Below are positions 41,224 to 49,564 of a DNA stretch of 64,000 nt, one piece after another. Position 1 is the stretch's first letter; every line of letters begins with the position of its first letter. The notes under the pieces are model-generated. The model had not been told where the DNA came from, searched no databases, and was given only the letters and a program-made list of their open reading frames with translations. Source of the DNA: Candidatus Eiseniibacteriota bacterium (lineage in GTDB: Bacteria; Eisenbacteria; RBG-16-71-46); contig CAVUWA010000005.1 in the NCBI GenBank assembly GCA_963744995.1, forward strand, positions 128,001-192,000, written 5' to 3'. The position numbers and the translations under genes were made by a program.

Positions 41224-42509
41224 GACCCGCCCCCTTCGCCCGTGCTGCCGGCGTCGCCGAGCGGAATCACCGGCACCTTGCCCTGCGGGCCTTCGGTGGT
41301 GATCACGATCTCGCGGGTCGGGCTCACGAACTCGCGTCCTTCCGCGTCCTTCACCACGAGCACGTAACGATACGTGCCGTCGGCGAGCGGCAGACCGGTC
41401 TCGTCCTTGCCGTCCCACAGGAGATGCGCGGGCGGCTGCCCGGGACCGCCGAAGCTGCGCACGACGGCGTCGCCCTTGTCGTAGATCGACAATGACCAGC
41501 TGCGCGGTTCGGCCTTGGTGCGGGCGTTCAGCGAGATCTTGGTGACGGCGCGCTCGCCGGTCGGCGAGAACACCGCGGGCTCGGCGTCCGAGCTGGCGAA
41601 GAAGCCGCCGAAGCGATACGAGATGCCGAAGCGGTGCGTCATGCCGAGCGGATGGTCCGCGACGGCGTAGTCGAACTGATACTGCGGGGTGATCCGGTAG
41701 CTGAAGCCGCCGGTGCCCTGGTCGTCGTCGAAGCCGAGCCGGAACGCGAGGCCGGGCTGGATCCAGTATTCGGTGCCGCCCGAGAAGCGCATGCCGGCAT
41801 CGCCGGCGTGGCCGGCCTGCGCGGTGATCAGACCGCGCCCGCCGAACACCTGCCAGGCGAGGCCGCCGCGCCATTCCGACGGATAGGTCTCGCCGGTCGA
41901 ACGCAGCGTCAGCGTCGGACCGCCGACGTTGAACAGCGAGCCGCCGACGCGCAACCCGGGCGCGATGTCGTAGAGCGCACCCACGTCGAAGCCGAAACCG
42001 CCGGCGCTGAACGACTCGATCGACTGCGTGACGACCTTGACGTTGGCGCCCACGGAGAACTTCGGTGAGAACCCCTTGGCGAGGGTGACCACGTAGGCGG
42101 TCTCACTCTCCTTGAACGAGCCGAGCGGATCGTTGAGCTCGTTGGTCCGCTCGAACTCGCCGCTGCCGAGCGACACCATGCTGAGTCCCATGCTCGGCAG
42201 CCAGTTGCCCGGCACGGCGATACTGGCGGCGTTGATCGAGGTCTGCTCGAACAGCCGCGCGGTCTCGAAGCTCAAACGGTTCTGATCCATGACCGAGAGT
42301 CCGGCCGGATTCCACAGCACACCGAGCGGATCGTCGGCGACCGCGACGAACGCGCCGCCGAGGCCGAGGGTACGGGCGCTCGCGTAGCGCGACAGCCACT
42401 CTCCCGGCTGACCGCCGGTGGCGTCCTGCGCGCGAGCGGCGCCCGCGACCGCGGCCAGCATGAGCGTCGCGAGGGCCGCGCGGGAAGCGAATGCAATGAG
42501 GGCTTTCAT
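41220..42509 (-). CDS. PorV/PorQ-like (FadL-related) outer-membrane beta-barrel with an appended FlgD-Ig-like domain
   Basis: Signal peptide; SAR.LGLGGAFVAVADD....WNPAGL, G.N.K, DVG.LY, G.EY, DYA...LG.THRFGISYRF; then WDGKD..G..LADG.Y.Y. Confidence 0.85.
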   Translation of the reverse strand: MKALIAFASRAALATLMLAAVAGAARAQDATGGQPGEWLSRYASARTLGLGGAFVAVADDPLGVLWNPAGLSVMDQNRLSFETARLFEQTSINAASIAVPGNWLPSMGLSMVSLGSGEFERTNELNDPLGSFKESETAYVVTLAKGFSPKFSVGANVKVVTQSIESFSAGGFGFDVGALYDIAPGLRVGGSLFNVGGPTLTLRSTGETYPSEWRGGLAWQVFGGRGLITAQAGHAGDAGMRFSGGTEYWIQPGLAFRLGFDDDQGTGGFSYRITPQYQFDYAVADHPLGMTHRFGISYRFGGFFASSDAEPAVFSPTGERAVTKISLNARTKAEPRSWSLSIYDKGDAVVRSFGGPGQPPAHLLWDGKDETGLPLADGTYRYVLVVKDAEGREFVSPTREIVITTEGPQGKVPVIPLGDAGSTGEGGGS

Positions 42510-42518
42510 GAGTGCCTC

Positions 42519-45500
42519 CTAGCGGACCACGGCGATGCGTCGCCGCATGACGTGCAGTGTTTCGCCTGTTCCCTGGGCTTCGAGCAGCGCGAGGTAGCCG
42601 CCGCTCGCGACCATCCGGCCGTCGCCGTTCTTGCCGTCCCAGGCCCATTCGTTGAGCCCGGTGGTTCCGCCGGGGCCACCGCGTTCGAACGTCTCCTGGC
42701 GCACCAGCGCGCCGCTCAGCGAGAAGATCCGCAGCGACACGCGCGCGTTGTCGTCCAGCTGCCAGGCGATCGTGGTCGGCTGCTCGCCCGGGTGGAACGG
42801 GTTGGGATAGTTGGTGACATAGCCGCCGGCCGCGTTCGGATTCACGAACGCCGTCTGCAGGTCGAGTGTCGCGGACAGCGCACCGGAGGTGGCTGACAGG
42901 CGGGTCGTCTGCGGCGTGCGCGGGCTGAGAAAGTCGGCCCGCGCGAGACCGGTCGCGTCGGTGAGGCTGTCCACCGGGCTCAGCTGACCGTCGCCGTTCA
43001 CCAGGGCGAACGACATGGCCGCATTCGGCACGCCGTTCTCGTAGGCGTCCACCAGGCGCGCACCGATCGTCGCGTGCTTGTTGCCGCCCACCCATTCCGG
43101 GTTGCTGGTGAGCTGGATGGCGCTCGGCTGGCCCGGCTTCACGTTCAGCACGTTGGTCGTGGCCGGTGCGTTGCCGGCGTCGTCATAGGCGATGACCACG
43201 ATCGGCTCGGCGAAGGTGTAGGTCTCGGAGACCGTGCGCTGGCCCTGCAGCAGCTGGAACTGGGTGCTGAGCAGCGTGCCGCGTCCGGGCGACTGGTCGC
43301 CCGCGTTGCGCACTTCGAGCGTCACCGCCGAGTTGATCTCCTGGATCACGCTGCCGGCGTCGTTCGTGACCTTGACCGTCAGGTTGAACGGTTCGCCGGC
43401 GCGTACGGAGTCCGAGCTGATCACGGCTTCGAGATGGAAGCCGGAGGAAATCGCCTTCACCTGGGTGGCGCTGGCGGTGATCGAAGGCTGGGTCACGTCG
43501 TTGGCGAAGATCTGGTCGTAGCCGCCGCGCGCGAGCTTCATCGGCAGCGTCACGTGCCCGTTGGTGAGCGGCGTATCCGGCGGCAGCGTCGCCAGCGGAT
43601 CGTCGCTGGTGACGCGCACGAGGTCGCTGACACCGGTCACCGGGTTGTACCACTGGTCGGTGGCGTACACGTCCACGTTGAACGCGTAGTTGATGGACTG
43701 GTCGGTCGCCGCGCCGGCCCGGCCGTTCGGCGAACCCGGCGAGACCGTCTCGCCCGGAGCCAGGATCAGCAGGCGCGCGAACGGACCGCCGTTGAGGGTG
43801 ACCGCGCTCGAGGTGTCGGGCCGCATCGACGGCTGCACGACGTCGTTCACGATGACGTGCTGCGGGCCGGTGCGATACATCGTCACCGGCACGACCCGCT
43901 CGCCGTTCGCGAGCGTCGTGCCGGCCGGGGCTTCCACGATCGCATCGATCGCGGAGAACGAGATCGTATCGTTCACGCCGGTCACGCGATTCCAGAACTG
44001 GTCCACCGAGCGCACGGTGACGCTGAACGGCGTGCCGGCCTGCTGCGCGGTGGGCACCCCTTCCTTGCCGGTCGGCGTGCCGCCGCGCGGCGACTCGCCG
44101 GGGAGCAGGATCTGCAGCCCGGCCATCGGGCCCGGGTTGACGACGAAGTTGTTGCTGGTGCCGATGTGCGGCGGCGAGCCGAAGTCCGCGCAGGTGAGCG
44201 TTACCGCACCGCCCGCGCCGCGCAGGATCACCGGACCGGTCCACACGCCGGCGGAGAAGGTGACCAGCTCGGGCGAGATGCTGCCGGCGCCGGTGTTGGC
44301 GGCGAGGATCGCCTGGGCATTGTAGTCGGGAATCGTGTTGCCGGAGCCGTCGACGGCGCGCACGGTGATCGTCACCGGCACGCCCGCGGTCTGCGGCGAG
44401 GCGATCGCGTCGAACTCGAACGCGGCGGCGCCGCTCGGCAGGACCTGGATCGACGGGCTGGTCGTGCCCTGGATCCCGCCGTTCGTGAGGTCGGAGACGG
44501 TGAGCGTCTGCGTGCCGACCGTGCCGAGGCTCAGACTGAAGCTGCGCTGGCCGTTGGTCATCGCGCCGGTGACCGGCGTACTGGCGCCGGCGTCGGACGA
44601 CGTGACGCGCACGTTGTCGCTGCTCGGAACGGGGTTCCACCAGTTGTCCGTCGCATAGACCTGGACGCTGAAGGTCTGCCCCGCGGACTGGCTGGTCGGG
44701 GTGCCGGTCTTGCCGATCACGGCGCCTGGCAGCGGCGTCTCGCCCGGCACGATCAGCTGCACGCGCGAGAAGTTGCCGGGGTGCACGGTGAACGGGTCGC
44801 TGGTGCCGTTCTTGCCCGGTGCGTTGTCCAGCCAGGCGTAGTAGTTCACGTTGCCGCGGTTGATGCTGGTCTCGTCGGCGCGGTAGGGGGTCAGCGATCC
44901 GCTCCACTGTCCGCCGGACAGCGTGACCGTCTCGGGCGACACCCGTCCGTCGCCGTAGCTGGTGACTTCCTTGAGCCGCACGGTGCCGGAATACCCGCTC
45001 ACCGTGTTGCCGGCCGCGTCCACCGCACGCAGCGTCATCTGCATGGAGGTGCCGGCGTACTGGTTCTTCTGGGCGATGCCGGAGAACGCAAAGCCCTGGA
45101 TCACCAGAGCCGTCACCTGGCTCGAGGCGCCGTCGGGAATCGTCGGATCGCTCTCGTCGTGGGCCAGGATCGAGAACGTCCCGCCCGCGTGGAAGGTCAC
45201 CGAGAAGGTGTGCTGGCCGCTCGTGAGCGACACCGAGCCCGGCAGCGTCGCGCTCGCGTCGGACGAGGACAGCGACACCACGTCGGTGACGCTGGTGACG
45301 GTGTTCCACTGGTCGTCGCAGGCGCGTACCGTGACGTCGAACGGCACGCCTTCGGTCTGCGCGAGCGGTGCGCCGCTCTTGCCGCTGCCGGTGCCCGGCG
45401 CGGCGGTCTCGCCGGGAAGCAGAATCTGGAATCGAGTGAACGCGCCCTGAGCCCACGCGGGCGCGGCCGTGAGGCCGGCGCCCATCGCGAGCGTCATCGC

Positions 45501-45539
45501 GAGCACCGCGGTGATCCATCTCGTTCGTCTCATGCGCAT
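42519..45539 (-). CDS. Large secreted Ig-like repeat protein with a C-terminal T9SS-CTD/FlgD-Ig-like domain
   Basis: Start reassigned to 45539 (or 45533); signal peptide ending AWA; four ILLPGE-type repeats; C-terminal NYPNPF.P..I.W.L..V..RIFS.SG.LVR..WDGKN..G..VASG.Y..IAVVR. Confidence 0.85.
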   Translation of the reverse strand: MRMRRTRWITAVLAMTLAMGAGLTAAPAWAQGAFTRFQILLPGETAAPGTGSGKSGAPLAQTEGVPFDVTVRACDDQWNTVTSVTDVVSLSSSDASATLPGSVSLTSGQHTFSVTFHAGGTFSILAHDESDPTIPDGASSQVTALVIQGFAFSGIAQKNQYAGTSMQMTLRAVDAAGNTVSGYSGTVRLKEVTSYGDGRVSPETVTLSGGQWSGSLTPYRADETSINRGNVNYYAWLDNAPGKNGTSDPFTVHPGNFSRVQLIVPGETPLPGAVIGKTGTPTSQSAGQTFSVQVYATDNWWNPVPSSDNVRVTSSDAGASTPVTGAMTNGQRSFSLSLGTVGTQTLTVSDLTNGGIQGTTSPSIQVLPSGAAAFEFDAIASPQTAGVPVTITVRAVDGSGNTIPDYNAQAILAANTGAGSISPELVTFSAGVWTGPVILRGAGGAVTLTCADFGSPPHIGTSNNFVVNPGPMAGLQILLPGESPRGGTPTGKEGVPTAQQAGTPFSVTVRSVDQFWNRVTGVNDTISFSAIDAIVEAPAGTTLANGERVVPVTMYRTGPQHVIVNDVVQPSMRPDTSSAVTLNGGPFARLLILAPGETVSPGSPNGRAGAATDQSINYAFNVDVYATDQWYNPVTGVSDLVRVTSDDPLATLPPDTPLTNGHVTLPMKLARGGYDQIFANDVTQPSITASATQVKAISSGFHLEAVISSDSVRAGEPFNLTVKVTNDAGSVIQEINSAVTLEVRNAGDQSPGRGTLLSTQFQLLQGQRTVSETYTFAEPIVVIAYDDAGNAPATTNVLNVKPGQPSAIQLTSNPEWVGGNKHATIGARLVDAYENGVPNAAMSFALVNGDGQLSPVDSLTDATGLARADFLSPRTPQTTRLSATSGALSATLDLQTAFVNPNAAGGYVTNYPNPFHPGEQPTTIAWQLDDNARVSLRIFSLSGALVRQETFERGGPGGTTGLNEWAWDGKNGDGRMVASGGYLALLEAQGTGETLHVMRRRIAVVR

Positions 45540-45690
45540 CGCGCGTCTCTCCCGATCCGAATCCGGGTGGAGCGGACGTGTCGTCCGCTGGCGTCGTGGT
45601 GGCCTGCCGGCCGCGCGCAGTCGCGCGCCGCCCGCGCACGAAACGGGCGGGCGGTTGGCACCGCCGTCCATCGTGCGCCGCGTCGCCGTG

Positions 45691-45748
45691 GCAGGCTCTG
45701 TGCCGAACAGCTCTGCAGAACACGCGATGCAAATTGCGAATTCCGCAA
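45691..45748 (-). promoter_or_regulatory. Putative sigma54 promoter plus upstream inverted repeat
   Basis: TCGGCAC-AGAGC-CTGC at 45691-45706 (minus strand); TTGCG-N5-CGCAA at 45734-45748. Confidence 0.45.
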
Positions 45749-46037
45749 ACGACCCGCGCCCAGCGTGATACGCGGTTGCATCCTGCACAGTTAATTTTCG
45801 CGAGGCCGGATTGGGGCATTTGACGCGGGGGAAGCGGCCCCACGCATCGATGCCATGCGTGCGGAAGCGTGTGGCCCGTCATGCATGATGCGACGCGGGC
45901 GCTGTCGCCGGGCCATCGGACGCTTCCCACCACGGCGTGCCCGGTGTTCTGCGCCGTTCGTGCCCTGCCCCCGGGCCGCTGCGCCGGATGCCCCGCCGGC
46001 TGGCGCGGCGCCGCGGCGGCCGCTATCGTCCGGGGCC

Positions 46038-46988
46038 ATGATCGAAGCGCCTCATGCCGCTCCGCCCGGAGCGGCCCTCCGCTGTCGGGGCCTGCGCAAG
46101 CGCTACGGCGAGGTCGTCGCCGTGGACGGGCTGGACCTCGAAGTGCGTGCCGGCGAGTGCTTCGGACTGCTCGGACCGAACGGGGCCGGGAAGACCACCA
46201 CGATCGAGATCTTCGAGGGCCTCAACACGCCCGACGCCGGCGAGGTCCACGTGCTTGGCGGGCGCTGGGGCGCGGGTCGTGATCGCGCGTTGCGCGAGCG
46301 ACTCGGCATCCAGCTCCAGGAGACGCGCCTCGCCGAAAAACTCACCGTGCTGGAGACGGTGCGGCTGTTTCGCAGCTTCTACGACCGCGGCCCGGCCGCG
46401 GAAGAGCTGCTGCGTCGCGTCGCGCTCGAGGAGAAGCGCGGCGCGTGGGTGAGCCAGCTCTCGGGCGGCCAGCGCCAGCGGCTGTCCATCGCTTGCACGC
46501 TGGTCAACGACCCGGAGGTGCTGTTCCTCGACGAGCCGACGACCGGGCTGGATCCGCAGTCGCGCCGCCAGCTGTGGGACCTCATCGACGACTTCCGACG
46601 TGACGGCCGCACCGTGCTCATCACCACGCACTACATGGACGAGGCGCAGCGGCTCTGCGACCGGGTGGCGATCGTCGATCACGGCCGCGTGATCGCCGAG
46701 GGCGCGCCGCGGGCCCTGATCCGCTCGCTGGGCGCGCAGCATGTCGTGCAGTTCTCCGCCGATCGCGAAATCGAGTCGGACGCCCTCGCCGCGCTGCCCG
46801 GGGTGACCGAGGTGCGCCACGAGGCCGGCGCCTGGCTGTTGCACGTGCGCGAGCCGCACACCGCCATTCCGGCCCTGCTGGAGATGCTCCACGGCCGGGG
46901 CGCCGCGCTCAGCCAGCTCGCCACCCACGATGCGACCCTCGAAGACGTGTTCGTTTCGCTCACCGGGAGGACGCTCCGTGACGACTGA
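46038..46988 (+). CDS. ABC-2 type exporter ATP-binding protein
   Basis: GPNGAGKTT, LSGGQRQR, LDEPTTGLD, TTHYMDEA, TLEDVF. Confidence 0.93.
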   Translation: MIEAPHAAPPGAALRCRGLRKRYGEVVAVDGLDLEVRAGECFGLLGPNGAGKTTTIEIFEGLNTPDAGEVHVLGGRWGAGRDRALRERLGIQLQETRLAEKLTVLETVRLFRSFYDRGPAAEELLRRVALEEKRGAWVSQLSGGQRQRLSIACTLVNDPEVLFLDEPTTGLDPQSRRQLWDLIDDFRRDGRTVLITTHYMDEAQRLCDRVAIVDHGRVIAEGAPRALIRSLGAQHVVQFSADREIESDALAALPGVTEVRHEAGAWLLHVREPHTAIPALLEMLHGRGAALSQLATHDATLEDVFVSLTGRTLRDD

Positions 46989-48048
46989 GCCGCAACGGGG
47001 TCCGCGCGGCCTCGAGCGCTCCGCGCTCTGGCAGCTCACCCGGGCGCGCGTGATGACCTTCCTGCGCGAGCCGGAGGCGCTGTTCTGGGTGTTCGCCTTT
47101 CCGGTGCTGATGGCGCTGGCGCTGGGGATCGCGTTCCGCCATCAGGGTCCGCAGCAGGCCCGCGTCGGCGTCGAGCGCGGCCCGGGCGCGGCGGCGGCGG
47201 TCGCCGCGCTCGAGCGCTCGCCCGACCTGGAAGTCGTCACGCTCGGTCCGGAGGAGGCGCGCACGGCGCTGCGGCGCGGCCGCATCGCGGTGCTGGTGCG
47301 GGCGCCCGCGTCCGGGCCGCCGCTGCTCGCCTACGACCCCTCGCGGCCGGAGACCCGCCTCGCCTATCGCGCCGCGTATGACGCGCTCGAGCGCGGCGCC
47401 GGGCGCGAAGACCGGCTCGAGATCGAGACGGACGTGCGGGTTCAACCCGGCTCGCGCTACATCGACTTTCTGATCCCCGGCCTGATCGGCCTCAACATGC
47501 TCGGCACCGGCATGTGGGGCATCGGCTACGCCATCGCCAGCGCGCGCCAGCAGAAGCTGCTCAAGCGCATGGTCGCCACGCCGATGCGGCGCGGGCACTA
47601 CCTGCTCTCGTTCATGCTTGCGCGGCTGGCATGGCTGGCGCTGGAGGTCGCCGCCGTGCAGGGCTTCGGCTGGATCGCGTTCGGCGTGGCCATGCGCGGC
47701 TCGTGGTTCGCTTGGGGTCTCACCTGCCTGCTGTCGGCGCAGGTGTTCTCCGCGATGGGCCTGCTGGTGGCGAGCCGCACGAAGACCATCGAAGGCGTCT
47801 CGGGACTGATGAACCTGGTGATGCTGCCGATGTGGCTGCTCTCGGGGGTGTTCTTCTCGTCGGAGCGCTTCCCGGCCATGATGCAGCCCTTCATCCGCCT
47901 GCTGCCGCTCACCGCCACCAACGACGCGCTGCGGCTGGTGACCAACGAAGGGGCGGGGCTCGTCCCGATCCTGCCGCAGCTGGCCGTGCTCGCCGCCTGG
48001 GGCGCGCTGAGCTTCGTGCTCGCGCTCCGGCTGTTCCGCTGGGAGTGA
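46978..48048 (+). CDS. ABC-2 type exporter permease
   Basis: GTG start overlapping the ATPase end; YIDFLIPG, LKRM.ATP, LSGVFF; multiple TM helices. Confidence 0.9.
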   Translation: MTTEPQRGPRGLERSALWQLTRARVMTFLREPEALFWVFAFPVLMALALGIAFRHQGPQQARVGVERGPGAAAAVAALERSPDLEVVTLGPEEARTALRRGRIAVLVRAPASGPPLLAYDPSRPETRLAYRAAYDALERGAGREDRLEIETDVRVQPGSRYIDFLIPGLIGLNMLGTGMWGIGYAIASARQQKLLKRMVATPMRRGHYLLSFMLARLAWLALEVAAVQGFGWIAFGVAMRGSWFAWGLTCLLSAQVFSAMGLLVASRTKTIEGVSGLMNLVMLPMWLLSGVFFSSERFPAMMQPFIRLLPLTATNDALRLVTNEGAGLVPILPQLAVLAAWGALSFVLALRLFRWE

Positions 48049-48072
48049 GGGGGACGCCGGGCGCGCCGGCCC

Positions 48073-49308
48073 CTACTCGAGCGGAACCGCCGCCACCCGC
48101 ACGCGCGAAGGTGACCCGGGCTCGGTCCACGCGCAGACGATCCGCTCTCCGTCGCGCGCGATCTGCGGGAAACCGCTCGCGCGCCGTGGACTGGTCCTGG
48201 CGAGCACCCGCGAAGTGGAGGTGCGGCCCGCCACGGCGACCCGGCGCAGCCGGATCTCGGCCGTGTCGGCGGCCATCTCGATCCACGACACCACGGCCGC
48301 GCCGTCTTCCAGCAGCGTCAGCCCCGTGCGGCCGAGGGGATCGCCGTCATCCACGCGCCGCGGCACGCCGAACGCACCCGAGCTCGAGAGCGCGACGTAC
48401 ACCGCGTCGGTATCACGGGCGCCCGTGAACCACGCGATGGCTGCAGCGTCTCCCGCGGCGGCCAGCGTCGGTCCGTTGACGGGACAACCCCGGATCTTCC
48501 AGCCGTCGCGGTGGAGCGGGCGGGGCTCGCTCCAGTGGCCCCCGGCGCCGGAGACCAGCGCGATGTCACGTACTTCCGCTGCGGAGCGATCGCGATACGC
48601 AATCAGCGTCCCCGTCCCGGTCACGGCCGCGGCGGTCCCGCAGCAGTCGCAGGTACGCGGATCGAGGAGCGCCTCGTCGTCGAGCACGCCATCCGCGCCG
48701 ATGCGCGCGGTGCGCAGCGTCATCGCGCCGTCCCCCCCGGGCCCGCGGCCGTGCTCGGCGCCGCCGGCCGTCTCGCGGCCGTCGAGCCAGACCGCGCGCC
48801 ACGCACCATCCTCGGCCAGCAACGTGGCGAAGCCGTGCTGGCTCGCCGTGCCGTCGGTGTGCGGGCGCACGGGTGAACCCCAGGTACGGCCGCCGTCCGC
48901 CGAGAGGCGAATGCAGACGTCGTACGCGTAGGGATCTTCCCCGCTCCGCCATGGGTAGCTCACGGCCAGCCGTTCGCGGTCGAGCGCGGCCAGTGCCGGA
49001 AAGTCCGCCCAGTTGACGAAGAACGAGTCCCCCGAGGCGATCGTCGCCGGTTCGCTCCACACCGCGCCGTCGAGCCGCGCGAAGCGCAGCGCGTGACCGC
49101 CCCGCGGGGCGGGTTCGAACCACGTCATCAGCACGCCGCCGGCGGGCGCGGCGACGAGCCGCGGCGAGGAACTGCCCGGTGCGGCCGGTGAAGGCAGGTC
49201 CCGTGGCGTCCCGAGGCGCTGCGGGGCTGCGGGAGCGCAGGATGCGGCGAGCGCGATGAGGCCGGCAGCATGGAACGGGCGCAGGCGAACATGGAGCGGA
49301 CGCATCAT
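48073..49308 (-). CDS. BNR/Asp-box (sialidase-fold) lipoprotein
   Basis: Lipobox LAASC; FVNWADFP, S.DGG.TW, CDCC, W.I.GCP.NGP, SGFP. Confidence 0.8.
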   Translation of the reverse strand: MMRPLHVRLRPFHAAGLIALAASCAPAAPQRLGTPRDLPSPAAPGSSSPRLVAAPAGGVLMTWFEPAPRGGHALRFARLDGAVWSEPATIASGDSFFVNWADFPALAALDRERLAVSYPWRSGEDPYAYDVCIRLSADGGRTWGSPVRPHTDGTASQHGFATLLAEDGAWRAVWLDGRETAGGAEHGRGPGGDGAMTLRTARIGADGVLDDEALLDPRTCDCCGTAAAVTGTGTLIAYRDRSAAEVRDIALVSGAGGHWSEPRPLHRDGWKIRGCPVNGPTLAAAGDAAAIAWFTGARDTDAVYVALSSSGAFGVPRRVDDGDPLGRTGLTLLEDGAAVVSWIEMAADTAEIRLRRVAVAGRTSTSRVLARTSPRRASGFPQIARDGERIVCAWTEPGSPSRVRVAAVPLE

Positions 49309-49564
49309 CGATCTCCCCGGGTAAATGAAGGCTCCCCGGGGTGCGCCCGGGCGCCCGCAGCCTCGCGTATCGCCCGGGCCGGGCGCAAGCGGCGGGCGGC
49401 TCGAAGCGCAACGCGAGCACGCCGGGGGCGGGTGCGCCGCCCGGGTCCCCGCGGCGCCGCTCCTCAGCGCGCCATGCCGGACGCGGCAAACGTCGCGCAC
49501 GCGGCGGCGAGAACGGCGACCCACCCCCACAGACGGCGCCGTGCGGACGGCACGGACCCCGACG

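Noticed and set aside
37330..45794. Long + strand ORFs of 1345 and 906 aa, and the 916-aa alternate-frame minus ORF at 43183-45933
   Set aside because: Shadows of the TPR/ExbB and Ig-repeat genes; Arg/Ala-rich with no domain signal.
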